Positions 39,301 to 51,689 of a stretch of DNA of 64,000 nucleotides are shown here, piece by piece. Position numbers and translations under genes: made by a program. Numbering within the stretch: position 1 is the stretch's first letter; each line of letters begins with the position of its first letter. The DNA lies in assembly GCA_965112155.1 (NCBI GenBank), contig OZ218103.1; one strand, written 5' to 3'. The DNA comes from Podarcis liolepis. Lineage: Eukaryota. The notes below the pieces were generated by a model, which ran no database searches, had not been told where the DNA came from, and saw nothing but the letters and a program-made list of their open reading frames with translations.

Positions 39301-40018
39301 TGCTGACTTTGGAATTATGTGCTTGCAATTTTTAATCAGATTAATAAAGAAGAAGAAGCTAAATGACCAGAATTTTAAAGTATGCTTGAAAACTGTTCAT
39401 GTTATTGGCCTGTTTTTTATTTACTTTGTAGACTAGAGGTCATAAAAGACTGTAGGTGATGATCAGTAGCAAAAGAGCTGGCACTTAGAGAAGGATCATA
39501 TTCCCTAGAACTCTTCAAGACTTACTTAATAGCAAAACGTTGCTAACCTTTTTCTTGCACAAAACCAGGATGAAAACATTCACTGAGTCACTTCTTGTAG
39601 GTATGTGTTCAGTTACAAAAGAAATGCTGAGTTATATTACAAGACTCTAAAGGCCCACTGCAATGGCTGCTACATTAAATAAAGCATGTTCTGCAGAATT
39701 GTATGAGGACATAGTTCTGAAATGCATGAAAACGTTATGTCTTGTAAACATCTTACTCAAAGGAAATAAGGGGGAAACATTTAGCATTAGAGATAATTGT
39801 CCATGCCACTCAGTTATAAGAGAACCAATTTCTGCTGAATAGAGCCCTATCATACGTTCCAAAATAGTCTGCTGACAGCAGCATTTACATTTGGCAAGTA
39901 ATGCCTTTGAAAAGTGCATTCTGAGCTTGCTTACTCCATGTAGATTCATGTGTTTTAAAAAAACCGAACCACCCAATACTTTAACCCTTTTTCTATAAAA
40001 AAACAAAATCCATTCCAG

Positions 40019-40096
40019 CCACCCAGCCCTCATCCTCATGATCCACCCTCCAATAACAAAGCAGAGTGTGCACAGGAAGGAGGAAAATCAGTTTCG
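40019..40096 (+). CDS. SGIP1: SGIP1 exon 4 (PPSPHPHDPPSNNKAECAQEGGKSVS); frame-preserving, likely cassette exon
   Basis: ttccag|CCA...TCG|gtaagg; 78 nt; resembles recalled mammalian [24 protein letters not shown]. Confidence 0.88.
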
Positions 40097-41538
40097 GTAA
40101 GGACATGAATATTGGTTTAAAGCTTCCCGGGGGTTGGTTGGAACAATGTGTAAGCCTGGCCAAAAAAAAATTTGCATGTACAAATGTATGTTTGGCATTG
40201 TTTATGCATCACTTACTTCAATGTATTTTTTTACTCCAGGTGCTCTGCATAGACTGCCCAACCACATATGTTTTTGCCCCTGTGATTCTGATGTGTTTCT
40301 GTGTGTCCATAGATGTCTAATTATGTTTAGGTACTCAGTATGGTTTCCTAATATTCAGTAGAATTTGGATCATTTGTGATGGATACAGGTAACTAGAAAT
40401 AGAAATGGATTACCTCGTGTGCCAGGCTCACCTTGAAAACTACATTCATAAGATAAATAATACAGGACTGCGTTCATAATATGCATTAGGAAGTAGATAA
40501 TTTCATAGATAATTTCACACGTTTCATGCAAAAATGGAATATTTTATAGGACATTCCTTGAATGTTGAAGGTAACAGCTGGTTGAAATGAAATATTTGAT
40601 TGATATCTGAACAACTATATGATTATTTTGTGGCTTTCCTCCTCCTCATTAGTCTGCTATGTATTGTATACTTCTCCAGGTTTTGTAAATGGCTCAAGAC
40701 TATGGGAAGAATTCAGCATTGCTCTAAGGAGATCATTCCATCACTACAAGCATTTCAGCTTGCCAGACAGAACAATCACCCTCTTCTCTCCCCACACCCC
40801 TGTACACTGTTTTTAGGGGTTCCCTGATGCCCCCCCCACCAATTTGGGATTGCATGGAGAGGGAGGAGTGGGATCATGGAAGACCTTCTGCTCATTTCCA
40901 CTAGCAGGACTCATTAGTTGAATCTGGCCCACTATTTGATCACCTGACCGCTTTGGTTTCGAAGGCTTCAGAAATGAAGTACAGCAAATTAAATTAATAC
41001 TTATTTAAAGTTAGGAGAGCTTAATTAACTCATCACTTCCATTCAAATGTAACATAGGGGGCTACCATATACCAGATCATATTATTAATTTCCATTTAAT
41101 CCAGCATTGTATAATCTGACTAGTAGCTGCTGTCCAGGTTCTCAGGTCTTGCTACTTGACCAATGCCAGAGGTTGAACCTGAGACCTTCTGCATGCAAAT
41201 CACATGCTCTACCACCAAGTTGTAGCTCTATCCTCATTTGTCTTGCCCATAAGCCGTAATGTCTTGCAGCATGGTCTTTCCTTGCAATTCCTGCTCTTGG
41301 CTTATCAGGTTTGAAAAATTCAAGAGTTCAAACACTGGAAATTACTTTCTCAAAGAAGATTGAGAGGCTGGCATTCTCTTTCTAGAGATTGATTAGTAGG
41401 GAGCCAGAGCCCACTTTAGTTAAGTGACCATCCCAAATTGAAAACTCATGACTTTGTCATCTCGTCTAAGAAACTAGTGCATGTTGCTGTTCTCCCCTTT
41501 TTAATATAAAACTTATCATTTTTAACTGTGTATTGCAG

Positions 41539-41595
41539 AAGAGAACCAATGGTGCTCCAAATGGGTTTTATTCAGAGATTGACTGGGAAAGATAT
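41539..41595 (+). CDS. SGIP1: SGIP1 exon 5 (KRTNGAPNGFYSEIDWERY)
   Basis: ttgcag|AAG...TAT|gtaagt; 57 nt. Confidence 0.97.
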
Positions 41596-43424
41596 GTAAG
41601 TAAGAGTAATCACCTGGCATTCATACCTTCCCAAGAACATTCCTTATTACAAGAATTTTCTGAGAACTTGCCTCTCTGTTTTGTGTGTGTGTGTTCACTG
41701 TGTTTCTTGATTACTTCTTTCACACTTTAGTACATCTCATAATCACAGCACAAAGCGGATAACAATATTTGAATATTCAGGATTTCACTGACATGTCCAG
41801 CTGCCCAGCTATCCAATTGGGATCTTAAATTTGGCCCACGTAGAAATATATTGTTCTCACAGTTTATTTATGACCTTCAAACTGCTGAGCAAGTGAGAGT
41901 TCACCTTCCTTCTAAGCCCTCCAGCACATGCATAGAATTTAGAAGAGAGGTAGTCTTTCCTCACTTGTGCATAGCTTTAGATTGCCAGGAAACATTCTCA
42001 CTATCTTATTCAAACTAGGCAGGCATGAAACATCAGTTTTACTACACACACACCCGTCACCTGCGCCTGTCAGAAGGCTAAAGGAAGATGTTGTGCCTTT
42101 TCTTACACAGCAGTTTGGAGAAGGTTAGAAATACCAGTCGTTCTCTTGCTGTTTCTTACCTTCTTCAAACTTGTATGCAAGTGAGCTAAGACTCTGCCTC
42201 TGACAAACAGATGGAACTTGAAAAAATACGTAGTTTCCCCTCCGTAGTGATGTAGTTTGCACAAAAGAGAAAACTACAGCTTCTTTCTTTTTTTAGATTA
42301 CCATGCAGATTGCCATCAAATTTGGAGCCCATAGCAAAATTGAATGTTGTATCACACCTGTTTCAGGTTTAAGTCTCTGCTGGTTTTGGGAATTGCAACT
42401 AGATCTAGAAAAGGATATGATCTTGGAGTAATTTGAATGAATTAAACCAGCAACAATTTAAATTATTTAAGGAAAATAGTGCATTCATATAGATGTGGAT
42501 GTGAGTTTACACTTTACTCTGGAACAGAGATACCAAAACAACCCTGTGTTCAGCTCAAAGGTTTTTGCTTCCTTTTAGTACTCATAAAAGCTTGAGGGCT
42601 TTTGCACATACTAAACATAAAAATGTTTGCCAGCCATTGTCTGAACTGCAGTGTCTTTCAATATACCTACTTGAAATCAGCAGAAATACGGTCTCCATGA
42701 TTTTAACCAGGTAGATGTAAAGATGTTTCATCTCTGAAAACACCATGCGTGGGGCAGAAAGCAAACCTGCTTCTGAAAGGCCCTTGGGGCATGAGGATTA
42801 TCAGCAACAGCTTTGGTTTTTGTCCTGCAACAACCATTCTTGAAGTTCTAGGTCAGGCTTCCTCAACCTCGGCCCTCCAGATGTTTTGAGACTACAATTC
42901 CCATCATCCCTGACCACTGGTCCTGCTAGCTAGGGATCATGGGAGTTATAGGCAGTCAGCCCCACACAGCCTTGTGGAAAGTGGGACTAGCCTGGGCGGG
43001 GGGAGTGGAGGGTGAGCAGAACAGACCGCTTTGGTTCTCCTCGCAGTCATTTGAGAAGGAGTGTTTGCATATTTGAGCACCCTTGCTTCAAAGGGATGCC
43101 CTAGCCCTACTTTGGAATATCTTCTAATCTTTTCGTGTTAATTAGATTGTGCAAAATTGCCTTGGAAGAATGGGAAAGAGCCAATAAAATGTTACCAAGA
43201 CCAATTATGCTAATAAGGTGGGCGCCATTTCAGACAGATTTCATGCTGTTAGTATGGAAGGTGTCCAAGTTAATTAGAAGAAATTAAAATTTCTTTTGGA
43301 ATAGTTTTTGCTTGCTTTAGCTGAAAAGAATTTAAAAGTTCAAGTGTGCTCCTGTTTACAATGATCACCTTTAAAATCACACAACTTGATCTGGTAATAT
43401 AACAAAATTACTGTAGTCCCTAAC

Positions 43425-43425
43425 T

Positions 43426-43478
<53 letters not shown>

Positions 43479-43483
43479 TGTGT
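43425..43483. repeat. (TG)n microsatellite
   Basis: Seen directly. Confidence 0.95.
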
Positions 43484-43869
43484 GAAGTTCTTTCTCTTCA
43501 CTTTGTATACCAAGTATATAATATATATATATGCATTATAAGTAAAATAATCAAAATATTACTATTATTTTTAGTACAGTTACTATGCCCAGTTTGAGGA
43601 GACTGGGTGTTTGGGTTGAAGCATTATTTGGCATGATTAATATCTATAAATAGAGTGCTATGCTACAATATTTTTTTTAACACATGTGTCATGCATTCTT
43701 TCCAGACATTGTTTTTTGGAAAATGCTTCAATAAATGAGATTTGATATAGAGACAGTATAGTTCAAATAAACTGCTCTTTCTGGTAGTACCTTTTTGGCT
43801 TTATCAACCAGCTGTGTCTCACTGTAACTGCATTCCCTTGTCATGGTCAGATCCCCTCCTGTCGAGATT

Positions 43870-44930
43870 TAGATTGTCAATTACTTTTCTCTTCTGCAGA
43901 GACGGGGGCCTATTAGAATGGTCTGCCGTCGAAGACTGATGGAACCAATTGGCTTCCAGGAGACTCTGGGGTATTTTTTCTGCTGAGAGGTTGAGGTCCT
44001 GGTCTATCTTTGCAATTTAGGATTTGCCCTATGTTCACCCCCAAGGGCTTTGCCTGAGCCCAAGTAGTACCATGGTATACCCTGGAGTTGAGAGCAATAA
44101 AGCAGGTTAGAATATGATTATAATGCAAGTAGAGGAAGAATTGGAATGAATGCAGTTGAAAGCAAGTGTGTGCTCATTGTAAAGCCTATTTTGTGCTGGT
44201 GAAGGCAGTAAAAAATTACTTCTCTGCCTCCATCATCCTTGGTGTCTCATCCAAGGAGCTTTATAGGATGCTTTTACACATTGGCCTGAAGGATATGGTG
44301 GAACTCTCAATGCCCTGCTGTGAATTATTTGTAAGGCATGTTGAAGATATGATTGCTTGTATCCATGGAGACCTAGATTTCACTATTATAGCAGGCCAGT
44401 TTCTAAGAGTATCCAGAACACTATTTTGTCAGATGTTCATGGATGAGTATCAATAAGGCTTGAGAATGTGGATGATGTGCTTGGAAGGGTGTAGGTGTTC
44501 TTGCCCCCGTACATGCTATGACTGATAACATCCAGTAGGGAGGGGATGGCCAACTAGCCCAAGAAGATAATTAATGCCTCTCTGAGAGAGGGAGTAGTCC
44601 CACGAAAGAGCCAGCAGCAAGACTACTCATTCATAATTTTCATTAGACCCAAAAGTTATGTATAACTATTGACTGGTTGCAAATGTCCCTTTGCTGAGCC
44701 CGGTTCTTGAGTCGGTGGGCACCAACCAGCTCTAGTCTCCAGGCACTCTTGGATGAAGCTGATTTTCTAGATCTACTTCATTCTGTGTTTAGGCCTGGTT
44801 TAGGCAATGAGGCCATCCTGTATTATACCTTGTGTCAGCAGAGAGATGGGGGAATTGTCCCCATTGATTGTCCTTGATCGTTTGACAACTTTCCATACCA
44901 TGGTCCATGATGTTCTTCTTGGGAGCACCA
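43870..44930 (+). mobile_element. Highly degenerate L2-like LINE remnant
   Basis: Patchy resemblance to L2 RT DNA (e.g. TTTAGGCCTGGTTTAGGCAATGAG, TTTCCATACCATGGTCCATGATGTTCTTCT); no intact ORF. Confidence 0.4.
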
Positions 44931-45611
44931 GTGATAGGATGCTTGTATTCTGATTATGTTTTTATATGATTATGCATTTTATTACTGTATTTTAATTTTA
45001 GTTGTAAATCACTTTGGAGCTTTTTGAAGAAGGAAGCAACATGGGAATTTTGTAAACCATCAGAAAAGAAGCAGCTGGTTCTGTTGTAAATGTTATCATG
45101 GCCATGTAAACCAAGGTGGAAGCTAGATTTTATTTAATAAATGAGAGCCAACTTGATCTCTGATACAGGGACATCACTTTTAAAGAGTAGCAACCAGAAG
45201 GCAAAGGTGCAAAAAGAAAATTCTATCAGGCACTGGAAATGAGCCCTTCTTTAGCAAGAGGTCTCATGCAAATGTTTGCATAGATAATGCTTTGATGTCT
45301 TCCATATTTCCAAGCCACCATTTTCTTATATTAGACATATTCCTTATCTATTTAATATTTTCACCCCACGTTCCCCCTACTGCACAGAGATCAGAGCAGT
45401 TAGCACAACTGTTTGACTGCCTGGCTGAGAAAACAGGTTCCTGGGTAGACTCTTCATTCTTAGTTAAGCGTAGAGAGCATTGCATATACCAATAGTTTAT
45501 TGGACAAGTGCTTCTTATTAATATGCAATTGGTGTGAGAGAGGGGAAGGAAAGAGTGATTACTTAATGTTTTGCAAGTACTCTAATTGCTTCACTATGTT
45601 TGCTGCACCAG

Positions 45612-45666
45612 AATTCACCTGAGCTTGATGAAGAAGGATACAGCATCAGACCAGACGAACCAGGCT
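45612..45666 (+). CDS. SGIP1: SGIP1 exon 6 ([18 protein letters not shown][S])
   Basis: caccag|AAT...GGCT|atatccttc; 55 nt; ends at a U12 AT donor. Confidence 0.96.
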
Positions 45667-46828
45667 ATATCCTTCATGGTCAGTTTTACAACTGAGTTTG
45701 CAAACTCTGAAACAAGTGTGGGTTCAAGTGTGGCCACCTGCTGCCATCCTCCCTACTGCTGGATGCCCCTGAAACATCAGTATCTCAAGTTTATTTTATT
45801 TTATATATTTATCAAATGTATATCCCGCCCCTCCTCCCAAAGGAGCCTAAAATGTTCAAGAGGCTTTATGAATGAAAAGATAGTGGCCATAAGTAAAATT
45901 TAATTTTAACAAATCATTATAAAAAGAAAAAAGGAGCCAACACTCATGCCTAGTGTTGGAGGCAGTGATGGTCTGGGTGGGGACCAAGAAACTGAAATTG
46001 ATCCTGATGGAGGTATTGTGGATGGACCGATCTTGTGTCCAGGAATTAGGTGGATGACCTGTTCTGAAAGGGTTCCGCTTACTCTGAAGGTACAGGATTG
46101 TAGTCTGGGAGTACTTGCTGATCCAGAATCTATTATAGGCTACTCTCAACTTACGCAGGGGTTATGTTCTGGTGATCAAGTGTAAAGCCAAAATTGCATA
46201 TAGTCAAAACACATTGGGTTCTGTGGCAGATGGGATTGCCAAAATCATTTTTCCTGGAACCCCGCTTCCTTTCCACCCCTTTTATTTTATTTTATTTTAG
46301 CCAAACGTGTAAAGCTGAATGCGCACAAGTTAAATGTGTGCAGGTTGGAAGTTGCCTGTGTTAGTCTCCAGTGGCCCCTATGGCCTCTAGAAGTGCTAAT
46401 GGCCAGCTTAGGCTGGTCCACAAGCTGTGGTTATTCCTGGACAAGAACAGCTTGGGCTAAGCATGCTGTACTGATCTCCCATTTGGACTACTGCAACCTG
46501 CTGTGTGCAGGGCTGCACTTGGAGACAGTTGGAAGTTGCAGCAACTGGTAGGGTTCTGGTTCTGAAAATGCTGCACTGCTTGGCAGTGAGCTGCTAGGCC
46601 CGATTCAAGATGTTAATACTAGTGTACAAAATCCTAAATGGCTTGGGCCCAGTAGCAATATAGTTTGCCTTCCGCAATATTAACCATCTCATATCTTACG
46701 GTGCTGCTGCTGGTTGCTGTTGCTCTCTGGAATTTGTAAATCTGTTTTTATCATTGTTGGCCCTTGCCAATCAGTTCCAAAAGTTATATTTTGTGATTCA
46801 ACAACATTTCTCTTTAACTGTGATCTAC
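45667..46828 (+). other. U12-type (minor spliceosome) AT-AC intron, 1162 nt
   Basis: 5'ss ATATCCTTC; branch box TCTTTAAC at 46811-46818; ends in TAC; removal restores the PGS-TKGKHFY frame. Confidence 0.95.
45790..46700. mobile_element. L2-like remnants with a nested degenerate Tigger-like MITE (~46136-46358), inside the U12 intron
   Basis: L2-like peptide remnant HAVLISHLDYCNLLCAGLHLET; imperfect TIRs TAGGCTACTCTCAAC / GTTGGAAGTTGCCTG. Confidence 0.55.
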
Positions 46829-47004
46829 CTACCAAAGGAAAGCACTTTTATTCCTCAAGTGAATCTGAAGAAGAAGAGGAGGCACACAAGAAATTCAACA
46901 TTAAGATTAAGCCCTTGCAGTCTAAAGATGTTCTTAAGAGTGCGGCAACCGTTGATGAACTGAAAGCCTCTATAGGCAACATTGCACTTTCGCCATCTCT
47001 AGTG
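46829..47004 (+). CDS. SGIP1: SGIP1 exon 7 ([30 protein letters not shown]...[12 protein letters not shown]; AP2-activator region)
   Basis: atctac|CTACC...GTG|gtaagc; 176 nt; lies within ORF 46714..47025. Confidence 0.97.
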
Positions 47005-50000
47005 GTAAGCAAAACTCTTTTTTAATATGGTGATTGATTAGATTTTCAAAAATTAATTTTGCTTAGCTTTCTTGTTATATTTGTTCCTTGTATTAGCATT
47101 TTTATTATAACAAATCTTGGTTTTATCACACAATGGCGAGGCTTTTCAGAAACTATTTTTGGTTTGGGATGTGTTGAAAAATATGTTCTGCATGTTGACA
47201 GGTTGCTTTTTTAAGTATATTGCTGAACTGCACTAGCAACTTTCTGTGCATGCCAAGTACATTTCAGTAAGCCTAATGTTTCTCATATCAGTGAATGGCA
47301 CGGCTATTTTGATCCATGCCAAAAGAAAAAACATTTGCAGCACTTTAACAAAAAATAAGACATTACTAATTATAGATGACTTTACTTGTTAAAAATAGGG
47401 TCACATTTTTGTAGGTACACGCCCACAAGCCAGATAGCCATATATTGATTCGGTGAGTTCAGGAGAGGTCCTTGATCTTTTTTTAGGGGAAGTAGACACC
47501 CTCCTATGCTTTATGCTGAGCCACCCTCTGGGACTTGAAAGCCAGCCATTATGTATGCTTAAAGGTGTAAAGCTGTAATTTGGCAACGTAAGATTCCATG
47601 TAAAGTCAGAATCTAATTTATTGGAAATAGTCTGGATTGTTATGTCATAAGGGGCAGCAGAGAATGAATGAAGATGGTATTGTTTTGCCCCTTGGAGAAG
47701 GAGAAGACATGGCAAGTAGTTCTGTGATACGATCTGGAGGATTCCCCCACCCCCAACAGAATACAAGGCTGCAATTTGAAAGGAAAGACTGGCACAGAGG
47801 GAGAGGTACTTTTTAAGCACTTTCCCCACATGCTATTTCCATCTGAAAATTTTGCACGTAAGCAGGACTTGCACTCCTGTAACACTTTCCGGGGAGAAAG
47901 CCCCACGGAACACAGGGAGACCTCATTAAGCATGCATAGGATTACACTGTAAAATGTTTTAAATGTATAAGTGGAGATATGAAGTGTGAACACAACGAAA
48001 GTGTTTGTGATAAGGAGAACAGAGCTGTGGTAAGCTACTAGTCCTTGTGTATCCAATGACAGCATGTAAGAAAAAATGTGTTTTAAATAATTTATTGAAG
48101 TGAAATAAAAAAGAGGTTGCCAGCCATGAGAGAGAGCCTGGAGATAAAGGCTTTGGAGGACCTTCTCCCTTGTGGAAATTACTTGTACGGTATCCATTTC
48201 CCACTGGAGATTCCAGAACTCATAGGAAAGCAAAGGAGCAGGGATGGCGACTGCACCCTTTCAGGGCAAGCAGCAGTTTATATATTCAGTGTGGGCTTTA
48301 TCTCTTCAAAGTCTTATCTGACTTGTCTTTGCCTTGAAGCTTTGCAAAAAAATCTTACTCACCCCCCTAAACTGTTCAGATTTGGGGGGGTGGGAGTTGT
48401 AGGCTCCCTTGTTAAGGAGGTTAGGCAACAATGCCTGTTAAAAATTGTGTTATGTGTGGGGCCATAGTCCAGTAGTATTGCTTGTGAGTTTTGAGGACTG
48501 TGGAATAAAAAAATGTGAAAGTAAAATCTCAGAAGTCACTGTTTTGTGTGCTTGTACATGAAACCATACGCTTTCTCTAAAATTTTACTCTAAATCCAAA
48601 GTAGCCAATGTGTTATTGGACTACGATTCCCATCTGCCCCATAGCCAATGGTCAGGAATGATGGGAGCTCTATTCTAACAACATCTAGAGGATGTCAGAT
48701 TAGCTACCTCTGCTTCTATCATCTGGAAATTTTAATCTAAAGTGAGGACAAGCATATATGGCAGCTGAATCAAATCTATATAATTTTGTTCAATTTAGAG
48801 AGCATGTTTGGGGGGGAGGGGAAGAGGATGGATTATCTTTTCCTGCTAAAACAGTTTTCTTATTTTGATAAATGATTTTGCATTTAGGGCCAGGGGCCTG
48901 GCATTGTTGAGTAAAACAGACTTATCACATACACAAACTGATAAATACATTGCAATACTTTCTCTCAAAGCTTTTGTATAACCTTGTCACTGGAGGCGCT
49001 GCTGAACACACAGCACCTGCGGAAGGCTGAATTTTGTAGCTTGCTAGGGAAAACCCACTTAGGTTGAGAGTGCTGCAAAGATCAACTTATTTTTGGAAAA
49101 TGGGATGCTGCTTTAGTGACAAGAAATGCTAGAGATAATACCCTTGGATCACTTCTAAATCCTTAGTTTTGTTTTCTATCCAGTCTACCACTGTTCTAAA
49201 AATCAAGGGTAGACTGCTGACAGAGGGGCACACAAACAAAATGTAAATGTAAGACTTACTTACATGCTACTAATTCATACCTACATTGCAAATATCTCAT
49301 TTTCCCCCTTGCAAGGAACCCAGGGTTTTACAGTTATGTGAGGTGAACAGTGCTTCAGGACTTTTCAGTACCCTCACAGAAGTACTAATCCTGACATTCT
49401 TGGGAGAAAGCCATGACAGAATATATCCTGGCAACAGAAAAACTGTAGAACGCCCCTAACTGATCCCTAGTCACAGCTAATACTAACTTATATCTATAAT
49501 TAATTGCTGTTCTAAGTAATAGTGTTCTGTGGGTACATAATTGCTTAAAAGCTTTTCAGTTTACAATAGAACAAAATGAATTATCATTAGCTGTTTTTAA
49601 TTTGCAATCAAATAAAGTTTTCCAATGTTGATTGACTTTTAGCAATTGCATTTTCATCTGATACTTAAGTTTTAATAATATGGAACTAGCTACATAATAG
49701 GAAGTAGGTGTCAATGTCAACTTTTGTTTATTTATTTGTTGGTCTCTACCCTGTAAACCAAAGCAAAAAAACCCTGAAGTTGTACTAAATTAAACTACAT
49801 AACGTGTTTTAACAATATTGCTGGGATCACATTTATGTTGTTTTTAAATTTGCTATTGCATTCTGTTTTTTGCTTATGTGCTGTGGTGGTTGGTCTTTAT
49901 TCTAGCAAGTGAGCTTTGCAGTCATTATGCAGTCACCACGCTGTTGCAGCTGGGCTTGGAGGCAAGACAATAGGGCATTATATTGTTGTATATGGAAGCC

Positions 50001-51689
50001 AGGTTCAAGAGTTGATTTGTGACACTCATTTCCTGGGCTGTGGAAGATGTGGGAACAGTAAATCAGAATGATGGCTTTGTTGCACTGCAGAAAATGCAGC
50101 TTCCTGATCTACTGATGTTGTACGTCTTAAGGAAGCTTGGCATGTAAAGCAGTAATGCTCTTTAGGGAGAGCAGGATGCTAATAAGAATAACTGAACTAA
50201 ATTGCTCTATAACTACACTCTTTTAATAAGGACAGAATATATACCAAGCAAATTGCATTGCTTTACATTCTTTTCTAAGACAGCAGCACTTCATGCTGTT
50301 GTTATATTTGAAAGCAGTAAATTAAATAAGATATTTGGGGTATTTAATTCAAAAGACTGTACTCTGTTTCATCAATAGAAGTGATGCCTTGTTTTCTAAC
50401 ACAACACTTTTTTCACCAAAGTTGGATTCCATCTAGTGTGTGAAAGCATTGTATATTTGTTTTCCACATCCTATTATTGGCTAAACGGTAAATGCCAGCA
50501 TCCTCATAAAGTCTTTATATTTCATCCATAAGGCACCTAGGGTGGTATATAGAGGACATGGCTGACTACTCTGCTCCTTTAAGCTTTTATAAGAGGCGGA
50601 GGACTGTGTGCTTAAGGATTTCATTAAATTTCAAAACACTAACAAAAGTCAAGCAGGGTGGAAACTCCAGATATGATTAGCAATTCTTTCAAAAATTACA
50701 TTTATTTATTATCGTGTCTATAGGGCTCCAAGGAGCTCTGGCATACATTTTCCAGGCCTGCAGGACCTGCTGTTGTCCTTTTGTGTAGGGTTTCACTGTC
50801 CTTCTTGCACCCTCTTTTGGTTTCCTTTCTTCTAATCTGTCCTGTCATCCTGTTCTCTAGGCCTAGAATACCTTCTGTTTGACATTTTTATTCAGCGAAG
50901 CCAAGTTAGCCTGACCTTACATTCATTCCACCTGATTCTCCTTAGCCTAGATCCTCAGAGGTATTCTAACAAGGCAGAACAAGCATGGTGGGGGCATCAT
51001 GAAAAGAACATAGGTGCTAGGTAAGGGGAAGTAAAGCTAGGGATGGGATGGTCTTTCCCTGTAACTTACATCTCCGCAGTTAATTTCTCTTGGCACTTTG
51101 TCTGCTCCTGAGTCACTTCTAGCATTGGAGCCAGGAAAGAAGAAAAGTGGATGGAGTAGTGAGGCACAAGACAAGCAGCAGGAGGGTTCACCTTCACCGA
51201 TAGGGCTTTTCTTTTTCTCTTCTTTTTTTAGTGTGTTTCTTTTTTCTTTTTCTTTTCTTTTTTTGATATATAGTTACTTCTTCCTCCATGTCAATTAAGC
51301 TAATAGACTTAGCAGTGCTTTGCTCTGCCCTGTAACCTGCTTTAGCCAATGGCCATCTGCTCAAACACCGAAGCATAAAACAGGATTGAGGCACTTGGGA
51401 GTGAGTAGCATTTGCTGGATATTGCAGTGTCTCAAAATAAATAGAATAAGGAGGACAACCAGGAGTCCAGATAAGAGACAAATGAGAAGTTGTTATCAGA
51501 AATAAACCAAACCTCTTTTGGAATACGAATTGCATATTCTTTAGAGGATCCCATAAGGTGTTAAGTACCTTCAGGGAGGCACCTGCTGTAGAGCTGGAAA
51601 GCAGAATTTATTTCCTTATATAGGAGGGACTTCCGTGCACTTAACAGACTGGCTTTACCTGCCAAGCCTCCAGGTGGTGCTTGGTTGGA

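Noticed and set aside
41470-41538. Open frame upstream of exon 5 as a possible exon extension
   Set aside because: No in-frame AG acceptor; the AGs ending at 41470 and 41477 are both out of frame
47640-48233. Longest ORF in the window (197 aa, - strand)
   Set aside because: Non-ATG start, antisense to an intron, no recognisable domain
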